From contig CAVRJL010000016.1 in NCBI GenBank assembly GCA_963721525.1, positions 58,777 to 122,776 on the forward strand: 64,000 bases of DNA, given 5' to 3'. Each line of letters starts with the position of its first letter. Position 1 is the first letter of the stretch. This document shows, piece by piece, positions 51,958-64,000 of the stretch. The notes beneath the pieces were generated by a model that was given only the letters and a program-made list of their open reading frames with translations, was not told the origin of the DNA and ran no database searches. Source of the DNA: an uncultured Negativicutes bacterium (GTDB lineage Bacteria > Bacillota > Negativicutes > JBAXTZ01). The translations under genes were made by a program, and so were the position numbers.

Positions 51958-54900
51958 ATGTTGAATCCCGTTCTTTCAGGTAAACGTATAAGATATAGTT
52001 TTTCTAAAATTAGAGAACCTATAGGAATGCCAGATTTAATTGAAATACAAAAAAATTCATATGCTAACTTTATTACTGAAGGATTGCGTGAAGCATTACG
52101 AGAAATATCTCCAATAAAAGATTTTACAGGTAATTTTGAATTGGAGTTGGGAGACTTTTTTTTAGGAGAAGAAAAATATTTAGAATTTGAATGCATAGAG
52201 AGAGATGCTACATATTGTGCCCCGTTGCGTATTAATGTTAAATTGCGAAAAAAATATGAAAATGGAAAAATTGTAGAAAAAGAAAAAGAGGTTTTTTTCT
52301 GCGATTTCCCATTGATGACTGAAAATGGTACGTTTATTGTTAATGGAGCGGAACGAGTAATTGTAAGTCAATTGGTTAGATCTCCAGGCTTGTATTTTAG
52401 TAAAAATGTTGATGTGAATAATAAAACAACTTATGAGGCCAAGATTATACCGAATAGAGGAGCCTGGATAGAATTAGAACAAGATACACAAGATATTATA
52501 AATATAAGAATTGATAGAGAACGTAAAATCCCTGTAACTATTTTTCTGAAAGCAGTTATTGATGGAATATCAAATGGTGATATAGTTGAATTATTTTGTG
52601 GAGATCAACGTATTCGAAGAACACTAGAAAAAGATTTTACTACAAATAAGGATGAAGCCCTTTTAGAAATTTATAAAAGAATGAAGCCGGGGGAACCATT
52701 AGTTATCGATAATGCTGAAACGTTAATAAAAACATTGTTTTTTGATGAAAAACGTTATGACTTAGCTAAAGTAGGTCGCTATAAAATAAATAAAAAAATA
52801 AATTGGAAACGTCGTTTAAGAGGTAAGCGTTTAGCAGAGTCTATTGTCAATAAAAATACGGGAGAAGTAATAGTAAAAACTGGTTCTATTGTAGATGAGA
52901 AAATAATAAATGCTATTGTTAAGAGCGGCATTATAAAAGATAAACCTTTTGTGAAATTTAATATCGTTTCTGGTGAGGGTAATATAATAAATTTATTTTG
53001 CACAGTAGCTGAAGGGGAAGAAGGGGGTCAACTGCTTACTTGTGAAGATATTGTAGCTGCTATAAATTATTTGTTAGTTTTAAATGAACACGAGGGGGCA
53101 ATTGATGATATTGACCACCTTGGTAATCGTCGTCTACGATCAGTTGGTGAATTATTGCACAATCAGCTCAGAATTGGTTTAGCAAGAATGGAACGCGTTG
53201 TTCGTGAACGAATTACCACATTACAGGATCAAGATGATATAACACCAGAGTCTTTAATCAATTCTAGACCAGTAGCTGCAACAATAAAAGAGTTTTTCGG
53301 GTCAAGTCAATTATCTCAGTTTATGGATCAGACTAATCCCTTAAGCGAATTAACACATAAGCGCCGTTTGAGTGCATTGGGGCCAGGAGGACTAAGTAGA
53401 GAAAGAGCTGGTTTTGAGGTTAGAGACGTACATCATTCTCATTACGGACGTATGTGTCCTATAGAAACTCCTGAAGGACCGAATATAGGATTAATAGGGT
53501 CACTTTCCACATATGCGAAAATTAATAAATATGGTTTTATTGAAACACCTTATCGTAAAGTTGATAAGAAAAAAAGAATTGTTACCGATGAAGTAGTATA
53601 TTTATCTGCAGATGAAGAAGATGAGATGATCATAAGTCAAGCAAATGAACCGCTTGATGAAAATAATTGGTTTATAAACTTAAGAGTTACTGCAAGGCAT
53701 GGACATGATGTTTTAATAGTACCTGCCGATATGGTAGATTACATGGATGTTTCGCCGAAACAAGTGGTATCGATTGCGACGGCAATGATTCCGTTTTTAG
53801 AGAATGACGATGCGAACAGAGCATTAATGGGGGCTAATATGCAACGTCAGGCAGTTCCTTTATTAAAAACGCAAGCTCCCTTAGTGGGAACCGGAGTTGA
53901 AGCTAAAGCGGCAATGGATTCTGGTGTAATGGTTAGAGCTAAATTTGACGGAATTGTAGAAAAAGTATCTTCTTACGAAATTATTATTTCGCGTGATATA
54001 GGCGGAAAGGATATATATAAATTAGAAAAATTTGTAAGATCAAACCAAGGGACCTGTATAAATCAAAAACCGCTAGTTGCTAAAGGGAATATTATTAAAG
54101 CTGGTCAACTTGTAGCAGATGGACCTGCAACCGATTACGGGGAATTAGCGTTAGGATATAATGTTCTTGTCGCTTTTATGCCTTGGGAAGGATATAATTA
54201 CGAAGATGCTATATTAATATCAGAAAAACTTGTTAAAGATGATATTTTTACGTCTATACATATTGAAGAATATGATTGTGAAGCTCGAGATACAAGGTTG
54301 GGGCCAGAAGAAATTACAAGAGATATTCCTAATGTCTCTGAGGATTCTTTAAAGGATTTAGATGAATATGGAATTATACGAATAGGAGCAGATGTAAGGG
54401 CGGGAGATGTTTTAGTAGGTAAAGTTACACCAAAAGGAGAAACAGAACTATCTGCTGAAGAAAAATTGCTGAGAGCGATTTTTGGAGAGAAAGCGAGAGA
54501 AGTGCGTAATACTTCTCTCGGAGTTCCTCACGGTGGAGCAGGAAAAGTTGTTGATGTAAAAATTTTTTCTGTTGAAAATGGAGACGATTTGTCTCCTGGC
54601 GTAAAGAAACTTGCTCGTGTTTATATTGCTCAAAAAAGAAAATTATCTGAAGGGGACAAAATGGCAGGTAGACATGGAAATAAAGGCGTTGTATCTCGTA
54701 TAATGGCTGAAGAGGATATGCCTTTTTTACCAGATGGAACAACAGTAGAGTTAGTGTTGAACCCATTAGGCGTACCCTCACGCATGAATATAGGTCAAAT
54801 ACTTGAAACTCATTTAGGTTGGGCAGCTCATACGCTTGGAATAAAAATAAAAACTAATTCATCTGATTTAAAAAATTGTTTTAAAAAATTAAATTATTTC

Positions 54901-55644
54901 CCTGAAATAAAAGGTAAAATGGAATCTGGTGATAAAGGTGTGTTTATTGCAACTCCAGTTTTTGACGGGGCAACGGAAAAAGAAGTTTTTGATTTTTTGG
55001 AAGGAGTTAATTTGCCTAAAGCGGGTAAATCAGAGTTATATGACGGAAGAACAGGAGAAAAATTTGATAATAAAGTTACGGTAGGATATATGTATATGTT
55101 AAAATTAGCGCACCTTGTAGATGATAAAATTCACGCTCGCTCGATAGGTCCATATTCATTAGTTACACAACAGCCCTTAGGGGGGAAAGCTCAGTTTGGA
55201 GGACAGCGTTTTGGAGAAATGGAGGTCTGGGCACTTGAAGCTTATGGCGCTGCATATACATTACAAGAATTACTTACTGTTAAATCAGACGATGTTGCAG
55301 GACGTGTAAAAACTTATGAATCTATTGTAAAAGGAGAAAATGTACCTGAACCAAATGTTCCCGAATCATTTAAAGTATTGGTTAAAGAATTACAAAGCAT
55401 GGCTCTTGATATAAGAGTTTTGGATGAAGATGGGCGTGAAGTAAGCCTTAAAGATACTGATGATGTAAATGTTCATGAACAAGAATCACATGCTACAAAC
55501 TTATATAGAAGTGCAAGTAACGCAGAAATAGAGCATGAAAGGGGGAAATTTATTGACACTAAACAAGATAAAGGTGAAAGAAAAAAAATGGTTTTGGTCG
55601 AATTACCTGATCATAGTAAATTTATAAAACAAGAGAAAAAATAA
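51958..55644 (+). CDS. rpoB: RNA polymerase beta subunit
   Basis: [50 protein letters not shown]; ATG 51958 follows GAGGTG. Confidence 0.99.
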   Translation: MLNPVLSGKRIRYSFSKIREPIGMPDLIEIQKNSYANFITEGLREALREISPIKDFTGNFELELGDFFLGEEKYLEFECIERDATYCAPLRINVKLRKKYENGKIVEKEKEVFFCDFPLMTENGTFIVNGAERVIVSQLVRSPGLYFSKNVDVNNKTTYEAKIIPNRGAWIELEQDTQDIINIRIDRERKIPVTIFLKAVIDGISNGDIVELFCGDQRIRRTLEKDFTTNKDEALLEIYKRMKPGEPLVIDNAETLIKTLFFDEKRYDLAKVGRYKINKKINWKRRLRGKRLAESIVNKNTGEVIVKTGSIVDEKIINAIVKSGIIKDKPFVKFNIVSGEGNIINLFCTVAEGEEGGQLLTCEDIVAAINYLLVLNEHEGAIDDIDHLGNRRLRSVGELLHNQLRIGLARMERVVRERITTLQDQDDITPESLINSRPVAATIKEFFGSSQLSQFMDQTNPLSELTHKRRLSALGPGGLSRERAGFEVRDVHHSHYGRMCPIETPEGPNIGLIGSLSTYAKINKYGFIETPYRKVDKKKRIVTDEVVYLSADEEDEMIISQANEPLDENNWFINLRVTARHGHDVLIVPADMVDYMDVSPKQVVSIATAMIPFLENDDANRALMGANMQRQAVPLLKTQAPLVGTGVEAKAAMDSGVMVRAKFDGIVEKVSSYEIIISRDIGGKDIYKLEKFVRSNQGTCINQKPLVAKGNIIKAGQLVADGPATDYGELALGYNVLVAFMPWEGYNYEDAILISEKLVKDDIFTSIHIEEYDCEARDTRLGPEEITRDIPNVSEDSLKDLDEYGIIRIGADVRAGDVLVGKVTPKGETELSAEEKLLRAIFGEKAREVRNTSLGVPHGGAGKVVDVKIFSVENGDDLSPGVKKLARVYIAQKRKLSEGDKMAGRHGNKGVVSRIMAEEDMPFLPDGTTVELVLNPLGVPSRMNIGQILETHLGWAAHTLGIKIKTNSSDLKNCFKKLNYFPEIKGKMESGDKGVFIATPVFDGATEKEVFDFLEGVNLPKAGKSELYDGRTGEKFDNKVTVGYMYMLKLAHLVDDKIHARSIGPYSLVTQQPLGGKAQFGGQRFGEMEVWALEAYGAAYTLQELLTVKSDDVAGRVKTYESIVKGENVPEPNVPESFKVLVKELQSMALDIRVLDEDGREVSLKDTDDVNVHEQESHATNLYRSASNAEIEHERGKFIDTKQDKGERKKMVLVELPDHSKFIKQEKK

Positions 55645-55662
55645 AAAAGGGAGGGACGCTCC

Positions 55663-58600
55663 TTGTTAGACGTAAATAATTTTGATTCTATAAGAATTGG
55701 TTTAGCTTCTCCTGAAGATATATCAAAACTTTCTTTCGGTGAAGTAAAAAAACCAGAGACGATTAATTATCGAACTTTAAAACCTGAGAGAGAGGGATTA
55801 TTTTGTGAAAAAATTTTTGGTCCTGTAAAAGATTGGGAATGTCATTGTGGAAAGTTTAAACGAACAAGATATAAAGGAACAATTTGTGATAGATGTGGTG
55901 TAGAAGTTACCCGTTCTAAAGTAAGAAGAGAAAGAATGGGACATATTGAATTAGCAGCTCCTGTATCTCACGTTTGGTATTTTAAAGGTATTCCAAGTCG
56001 TATGGGACTGATATTGGATATGACTCCGCGAGATTTGGAAAAAATATTATATTTTGCTTCTTTTGTAGTACTAGATGCTAAAGATACTTCTCTAATTAAT
56101 AAACAATTATTAAATGAAATGGAATATCGTGAAAATCGTCGTAAATATGGGAATAGCTTTATAGCTGAAATAGGAGCGGAAGCAATAAAAAAACTTTTAA
56201 ACACAATTGATTTAGATAAATTAGCTGAAGAATTAAAAAATGAATTTCAAACAGCAAGCGGGCAACGTAAACTCAGGGCGATAAAAAGGCTTGATGTAGT
56301 AGAAGCATTTAGACGTTCGGGGAATAAACCTGAATGGATGATACTAAATATCATACCTGTTATTCCCCCTGAATTAAGGCCAATGGTTCAATTGGATGGG
56401 GGACGCTTTGCTACTTCTGATTTAAATGATTTATATCGTAGAGTTATAAATCGAAATAATCGTTTAAAACGTTTACTTTACCTTGAATGCACCAGATATT
56501 ATAATTCGTAATGAAAAAAGAATGTTGCAAGAAGCTGTAGACGCATTGATTGATAATGGTAGACGAGGTAGACCAGTGACAGGTCCAGGAAATCGACCAT
56601 TGAAATCTTTAAGCGATATGTTAAAAGGAAAACAAGGGCGTTTTCGTCAAAACCTTTTAGGGAAAAGAGTAGATTATTCAGGTCGTTCTGTTATTGTTGT
56701 TGGACCAGAATTAAAATTTAATCAATGTGGTGTTCCAAAGGAAATGGCGTTAGAATTATTTAAGCCTTTTATTATGCGTAAACTTGTTCAAAGTGGATTG
56801 GCACATAATATAAAAAGTGCTAAAAGAATGGTAGATAGAATGCGCTCTGAAGTGTGGGATGTTTTAGAAGAAGTTATTAAAGAACATCCAGTTATGCTAA
56901 ATCGTGCCCCTACATTACATAGATTGGGTATACAAGCTTTTGAACCTGTTTTATCTGAAGGACGAGCATTAAAAATACATCCACTTGTTTGTACAGCTTA
57001 TAATGCTGATTTTGATGGAGATCAAATGGCAATTCACGTTCCATTATCAATAGAAGCTCAGTCTGAAGCAAGATTGTTAATGATGTCGACAAATAATATA
57101 TTATCTCCTAAAGATGGAAAACCGATTGTTACACCCACTCAGGATATGATACTTGGTATGTTTTATCTCACCTTTGAAAAAAATGATTGCATAGGAGAAG
57201 GTAGAATATTTTCAAGTCCTGAAGAAGTATTGATTGCTTTTAATGAAAAACAGATTGAGTTACATACCAAAATAAAAGTAAAGATAGAAAATAAAGGCCT
57301 TGTTAATACTACTTGTGGACGATTGATTTTTAATGAAGTATTGCCGGAAGAAATGAAACAATTTGTTTTCTTAGATAGCGAATGGTATCTTGGTAAATTA
57401 GTGGACAAGAAGGCGGTTGGAAAACTTGTTGCTTCTTGTTATAATAAAATTGGAAGTGATAAAACAGTTATTGTACTTGATAATATTAAAAATTTAGGTT
57501 TTTCTTTTGCTTGTCGTGCAGGTATAACAATGGCAGTAGATGATATAAAAGTGCCGGCAACAAAGAAGGAAATTTTAGCTTCTGCAGATAAAAAAGTTAA
57601 TCATTTGGAAGAATTATATCGGCGAGGATTAATTACAGAAGATGAAAGATATCGCAATGCTATTGAGATATGGAGAAAAGCTACTGAACATATTACCGAA
57701 GAGTTAAAGAAAGCAATGGAAGAACTAAATCCTATAAGCATGATGGTAAATTCTGGAGCTCGCGGTAGCATTAATCAAATAAGACAATTGGCTGGTATGC
57801 GTGGATTAATGGCTGATCCTTCCGGGAAAACGATAGATGTTCCTATAAAAGCAAATTTTCGCGAAGGTTTGACGGTACTTGAATTTTTTACATCGACGCA
57901 TGGAGCGCGTAAAGGATTGGCTGATACTGCTCTTAGAACTGCAGATTCTGGATATCTTACACGCCGCTTGGTTGATGTTGCACAAGACGTAATTGTTCGT
58001 GAAGTAGATTGTGATATTATTGGATTAGATATACAAAGAGAACGTACTTATCTAATAAATGAATATGTATATGACAATCTTATTCATGCAGGTAAAATAA
58101 TAGATAAATCTATTATAGATGCTTATACTAACGAAGTTTTGTTGGAAGTGGGCACAGAATTGAATGAAGTTAGCATTGAAAAAATTGTCAAATCGGGCAT
58201 AACAGATATTTTTGTGGGGGGAAAAAGTATATATATAGGCGAAAGTATAAAAGATATAATTTTCGGTGCATTAAAACGAGAAATGCTTGGGAAAAAAACT
58301 GCTGCTCCGATTATAGTGGTAAATGAGTTTGGAAAAGAAAAAATATTATTAGAAAGAGAAACTGAATTATCAATAGATACTTTTGAGACTATTTGGAATA
58401 ATAATGTTCGCGAAATAACTGTAAGAAATAATAATATCAAAGGAATTCAAGTTGGAGCAATAAGAGATAAGAGTAAATTTGCTACAAGTTATAAGGATAT
58501 TGTAACTTTAAAAGATCGTATTGTAGGTAGGTATACTGCCGAAAAAATAATTAATCCAAATAATAATGAAATAATAATTGACATTAATCAAAATATAACT

Positions 58601-59560
58601 GAAAAAATATCTGAAGAGATTGTTAAAGTTAGAAATTCGGTAATAATTAGGACAGTGTTAACTTGTCGTTCTAGGCATGGAGTATGTGCTAAATGTTATG
58701 GTAAAAATTTAGCTACAGGCAAAGACGTTGAAATTGGTGAAGCGGTAGGAGTTATAGCTGCACAATCTATTGGTGAGCCTGGCACTCAATTGACAATGAG
58801 AACATTCCATACAGGCGGTGTTGCTGTTGAAGATATAACGCAAGGTTTACCGCGCATAGAAGAATTATTTGAAGCCCGAAAGCCGAAAAGATCAGCTGTA
58901 CTGGCAGAAGTTTCTGGGGAAGTAGCAATTGAAGATATTAATGAATTGAAAAAATTGACTATAAGTACTAATAAGGGTACGACAAGAATATATGCAGTAC
59001 CTGTAGTCGCTAATATGGCTGTAAAAGCAGAAATGACAGTAGAAGCAGGAGAAAAACTAACTGAAGGTACAATTAATCCTCATGATATTTTAAGAATAAA
59101 GGGATTGCGAGCTACACAAAATTATATACTTGAAGAAGTGCAGAAAGTCTATAGAGACCAAGGAGTTGAAATTAACGATAAACATATAGAAGTTATAGTA
59201 AGACAAATACTACGCAAAGTGAAAATTGAAGATCCGGGCACGTCTCAGTTATTACCAGGAGAAAGTATCGATATAAATGATTTTGAAGAAGTAAATATTG
59301 AGGAAATACTGAAAAACAATGGTGAACCTGCAGTTGCTAAACCTTTGCTAATGGGAATTACAAAAGCTTCATTGGCTACTGATTCATTTTTATCTGCAGC
59401 ATCTTTTCAAGAAACTTCAAGGGTTTTGACGGATGCTGCGATAAAAGGTAAAATTGATTATTTATTTGGATTAAAAGAAAATGTTATAATTGGCAAATTA
59501 ATTCCAGCAGGAACAGGAATGTCCAGATACAGAACTATAAAAGTTATAAAAAGACCTTAA
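55663..59560 (+). CDS. rpoC: RNA polymerase beta' subunit (one frameshift near 56480, probably an error)
   Basis: KPETINYRT, zinc finger, [41 protein letters not shown]; the two ORFs join at RLKRLL/LNAPDII. Confidence 0.98.
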
Positions 59561-59598
59561 TTAGTTTAGATATTGTAACTTTGCAAACTGATTTAACG

Positions 59599-59627
59599 TT
59601 GACATTTATTATTCCTAATGCTAAACT
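59599..59627 (+). promoter_or_regulatory. Sigma-A promoter of the str operon
   Basis: TTGACA (59599-59604), 17-bp spacer, TG extended element, TAAACT (59622-59627). Confidence 0.8.
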
Positions 59628-59734
59628 TATATGGTTTTAACTATATATAAAATAAATTGAAATTATTATTTGTTTTTATTTAATGTAATATTATTTTAAA
59701 AATAAATTGCTTATGTTAGGAAGGAGGTATGTTG

Positions 59735-60112
59735 ATGCCTACTATAGGGCAATTAATAGCTAAAGGTCGTAAAAAGCAAACTATAAAATCGACTGCTCCA
59801 GCATTAAGGGAATGTCCTCAAAAACGTGGTGTGTGTACAAAAGTTTATACAACTACTCCAAAAAAACCAAATTCTGCTCTTCGTAAAGTAGCAAGAGTAA
59901 GGCTAACAAATGGCGTTGAAGTAACTGCTTATATACCAGGTATAGGACATAATTTACAAGAACACTCTGTTGTTTTGATACGCGGGGGACGTGTAAAGGA
60001 CTTGCCAGGTGTTCGTTATCATATTATTAGAGGTTCTTTAGATACAGCAGGTGTGCAAAAACGAAATCAAAGTCGTTCTAAATATGGAACAAAAATTGCT
60101 ACTAAAAAATAG
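59735..60112 (+). CDS. rpsL: 30S ribosomal protein S12
   Basis: [31 protein letters not shown]; start 59735 (or 59729). Confidence 0.99.
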   Translation: MPTIGQLIAKGRKKQTIKSTAPALRECPQKRGVCTKVYTTTPKKPNSALRKVARVRLTNGVEVTAYIPGIGHNLQEHSVVLIRGGRVKDLPGVRYHIIRGSLDTAGVQKRNQSRSKYGTKIATKK

Positions 60113-60128
60113 ATTAGTGTTGTAATGA

Positions 60129-60611
<483 letters not shown>

Positions 60612-60617
60612 AAAATG

Positions 60618-60650
60618 CCGCCGGCCTAATTAGCCGGCGGATTTATTTTT
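60618..60650 (+). terminator. GC-rich terminator-like hairpin between rpsG and fusA
   Basis: CCGCCGGC-CTAATTA-GCCGGCGG followed by ATTTATTTTT. Confidence 0.7.
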
Positions 60651-60691
60651 AAATATGAGATAAATACAATATAATTATTTGAGGTGGGAAA

Positions 60692-62779
60692 GTGGTTGCA
60701 AAAATTCCGCTTGAGCGGTCCAGAAATATTGGCATCATGGCTCATATTGATGCTGGAAAAACAACAACAACAGAAAGGATTCTTTTTTACACAGGAAAAG
60801 TTCACAGGTTAGGAGAAGTGCATGAAGGTGCAGCTACAATGGATTGGATGGTCCAAGAACAAGAACGCGGTATAACTATAACTTCGGCTGCCACTACTTG
60901 TTCTTGGAAAAATCATAGAATTAATATAATAGATACTCCTGGGCATGTTGATTTTACTGTGGAAGTAGAAAGATCTTTACGCATATTAGATGGAGCAGTA
61001 GCAGTTTTTTGCGCAAAAGGTGGTGTTGAACCACAATCTGAAACTGTGTGGAGACAAGCTGAAAAATATAGTGTTCCACGAATCAGCTTTGTGAATAAAA
61101 TGGATAGAGTAGGTGCCGATTTTTATAGGGCCATTGATATGATGAAAGGAAGGCTTGCGGCAAACCATTTACCAATACAATTACCTATAGAAAGTGAAGA
61201 AAAATTTCAAGGTATAATTGATTTAATAGAAATGAAAGCTATGATTTATACTGATGAGCTTGGTAAAACTTCTAAGCAAAGCAGATATTCCCGAAAATAT
61301 GCAGAAAATAGTAAAAATACATCATCATAATATACTTGATATTGTAGCTGAAACTGATGATGAATTGATGTTAAAATATTTAGAAGGACAAGAGATGAGT
61401 ATTGAAGAAATAAAAAAAGGGATTCGAAAAGCTACAATAAAATGTAAAATAACTCCTGTATTGTGTGGTTCTGCTTATAAAAATAAGGGAATTCAACCTT
61501 TGCTTGATGCAGTAGTAGATTTTTTGCCGTCCCCTATAGATATTCCACCAGCAAAAGGAATTAACGTTAAAAATGATGAAGAGGTAGAGTGAAAGCGGAG
61601 AACAATGCTCCATTTTCTGCTTTAGCGTTTAAAATTATGGCAGATCCCTTTGTAGGAAAGTTAACTTTTATTAGAGTATATTCGGGAATTTTGAACTTCT
61701 GGATCATATATTCATAATATAAATAAAGGAAGCAAAGAGCGTATAGGTCGCTTATTAAAAATGCATGCTAATCATCGTGAAGAAATTGATTCGGTTTCTA
61801 CGGGAGACATATGTGCTATTGTTGGATTAAAAAACACTACAACAGGAGATACTCTTTGTGATGAAAAGCGACAAATACTGTTGGAATCAATGAAATTTCC
61901 TGAGCCAGTTATCTCTATTGCAATTGAGCCCAAAACTAAAGTAGATCAAGATAAGCTTGGTATAGCATTACAACGTTTAGCAGATGAAGACCCTACTTTT
62001 AGGATCCGTACGGATAGAGAAACAGGGCAAACAATAATATCAGGAATGGGAGAGTTACATTTAGAAATTATTGTAGATAGATTATTACGTGAGTTTAAAG
62101 TAGGATGTAATATCGGTAAACCGCAGGTTGCTTATCGTGAAACGATTCGTAATATTGTTAGAACAGAAGGTAAATTCATTCGTCAATCAGGAGGACGCGG
62201 GCAATATGGGCATTGTTGGTTAAGCTATCCCGCAAGATCCTGGAAAGGGTTATATTTTTAGAGTAAAATAGTTGGTGGAGCGATTCCCAAAGAGTACATA
62301 GGGCCTGTTGAGTCAGGAATAAAAGAATCAATGGAAACGGGAATATTAGCAGGTTATCCTGTAGTTGATGTAAAAGTAGTTTTATTTGATGGATCATTTC
62401 ATGAAGTGGATTCTTCGGAAATAGCATTTAAGATAGCAGGTTCAATGGGTTTTAAGGAAGGATGTAGAAAAAGCTAATCCGGTTCTTTTAGAACCATATG
62501 TTAAAGTAGAAGCCCTCGTTCCTGAAGAATATATGGGTGATGTAATAGGGGATTTAAATAGTAGAAGAGGTCGTATAGAAGGTATGCAAGCACGGGTAAT
62601 ATCCAAGTAATAAAAGCATTTGTACCACTTGCAGATATGTTTGGTTATGCTACTGATTTACGTTCAAAAACACAAGGACGAGGAAATTATACTATGGAAT
62701 TTGACCATTATGAAGAAGTTCCAGAAATATAGCGGAAATAATTATTAACAAAGGTAAACGAAGTAAATATTCAAATTAA
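60692..62779 (+). CDS. fusA: Elongation factor G (multiple frameshifts, probably errors)
   Basis: [66 protein letters not shown] in successive frames; end TAA 62777-62779 inferred. Confidence 0.97.
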
Positions 62780-62801
62780 TATTATAAGGAGGTACCTATA
62801 A

Positions 62802-63983
62802 ATGGGTAAGAAAAATTTGAGAGAACAAAACCGCATATAAATATAGGAACAATAGGACACGTAGACCATGGGAAGACAACATTAACGGCTGCAATTACAA
62901 AAGTGATAGCAGAACATTGGGAAAAGCAGAACGAAGCATATGATGCAATAGATAAAGCACCAGAAGAAAGAGAGCGAGGGATAACGATTACGACAGCACA
63001 TGTGGAGTATGAAACTGAGAAAAGACATTATGCGCATGTGGATTGTCCGGGCATGCGGATTATGTAAAGAACATGATCACAGGAGCGGCACAAATGGACG
63101 GAGCGATATTGGTAGTATCGGCAGCAGATGGACCGATGCCGCAGACGAGAGAACATATATTATTAGCAAGACAGGTAGGTGTTCCATATATTGTAGTATT
63201 TTTAAATAAAATAGATATGGTGGATGATCCAGAGTTAATAGAGTTAGTAGAGATGGAGATAAGGAATTATTGACAAGTATGAATTTCCTGGAGATGAGAC
63301 GCCAATAATAAAAGGATCAGCGTTAAAAGCATTAGAAGGCGATAAAAAATGTGTTAAGGCGATAAATGAATTAATGGATGAGGTAGATAGGTATATGCCT
63401 GCACCACAAAGAGCGATAGATAAACCATTTTTAATGCCAGTAGAAGATGTATTTACAATAACAGGAAGGGGAACAGTAGCTACAGGAAGAGTAGAAAGGG
63501 GAGCAGTAAAAGTAGGAGAAAAGTAGAAATAGTGGGATTACAGAAAAGGCAAGAAGCGTAGTAGTAACAGGGATAGAAATGTTTAGGAAATTACTAGATG
63601 AAGCAGATGCGGGAGATAATGTAGGATGTTTATTAAGAGGAGTAGAGAGAAAAGAGATAGAGAGAGGACAAGTATTGGCAAAGCCTGGTTCAATCACTCC
63701 TCATATGCGATTTGAAGCTCAAGTATATGTATTAAGCAAAGAAGAAGGAGGAAGACATACTCCATTTTTCAATGGATATAGGCCTCAATTTTATTTTAGA
63801 ACAACAGATGTAACAGGGATAGTAAAATTGCCAGAGGGAGTAGAGATGTGTATGCCTGGAGATCATATAGCAATGGTAATAGAATTAATAACACCGATAG
63901 CAATAGAAGAAGGGCTAAGATTTGCAATACGTGAAGGTGGAAAAACAGTTGGTGCTGGTGCTGTTACAAAAATTTTGGCATAA
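62802..63983 (+). CDS. tuf: Elongation factor Tu (multiple frameshifts, probably errors)
   Basis: [77 protein letters not shown]. Confidence 0.97.
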
Positions 63984-64000
63984 AAAAATATAAAAACTTA

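Noticed and set aside
55663-59560. Natural rpoC1/rpoC2 split
   Set aside because: The break lies in a conserved helix near residue 275, not at the cyanobacterial split point, has no RBS, and is repaired by removing one base.

Overview
Very AT-rich bacterial chromosomal window of almost entirely core housekeeping genes. It comes from a Firmicute, most likely a genome-reduced, host-associated Negativicutes-like lineage; this is inferred from a PolC lacking the exonuclease insert, a long RpoC insertion, rpsD inside the alpha operon, eroded spacers and missing accessory genes. Gene order: partial membrane transporter, tcdA pseudogene, trxB, rplS, uppS-cdsA-dxr-rseP-ispG, the S10-spc-alpha ribosomal superoperon with ecfA1A2T, a PPi-type phosphofructokinase, proS-polC-nusA-ylxR-infB-rbfA-nrnA, an NCS2 purine permease, a two-gene NitT/TauT-like ABC system with a structured leader, nth, an RMD1-family gene, typA, DUF2156, guaD, rpoB-rpoC, rpsL-rpsG-fusA-tuf. 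I recognised no rRNA, tRNA, CRISPR, IS or prophage. The most unusual signal is a 61-bp segment of tcdA that is inverted between 11-bp inverted repeats; flipping it back restores the reading frame. Other signals: a 62-bp spacer-less palindrome and several other perfect hairpins suggesting template-switch mutagenesis; a candidate attenuator or RNA switch upstream of an ABC transporter with no binding protein; and insertion of the ribosomal superoperon between ispG and proS. Frameshifts in essential genes cluster in a few blocks and are most likely uncorrected sequencing errors.
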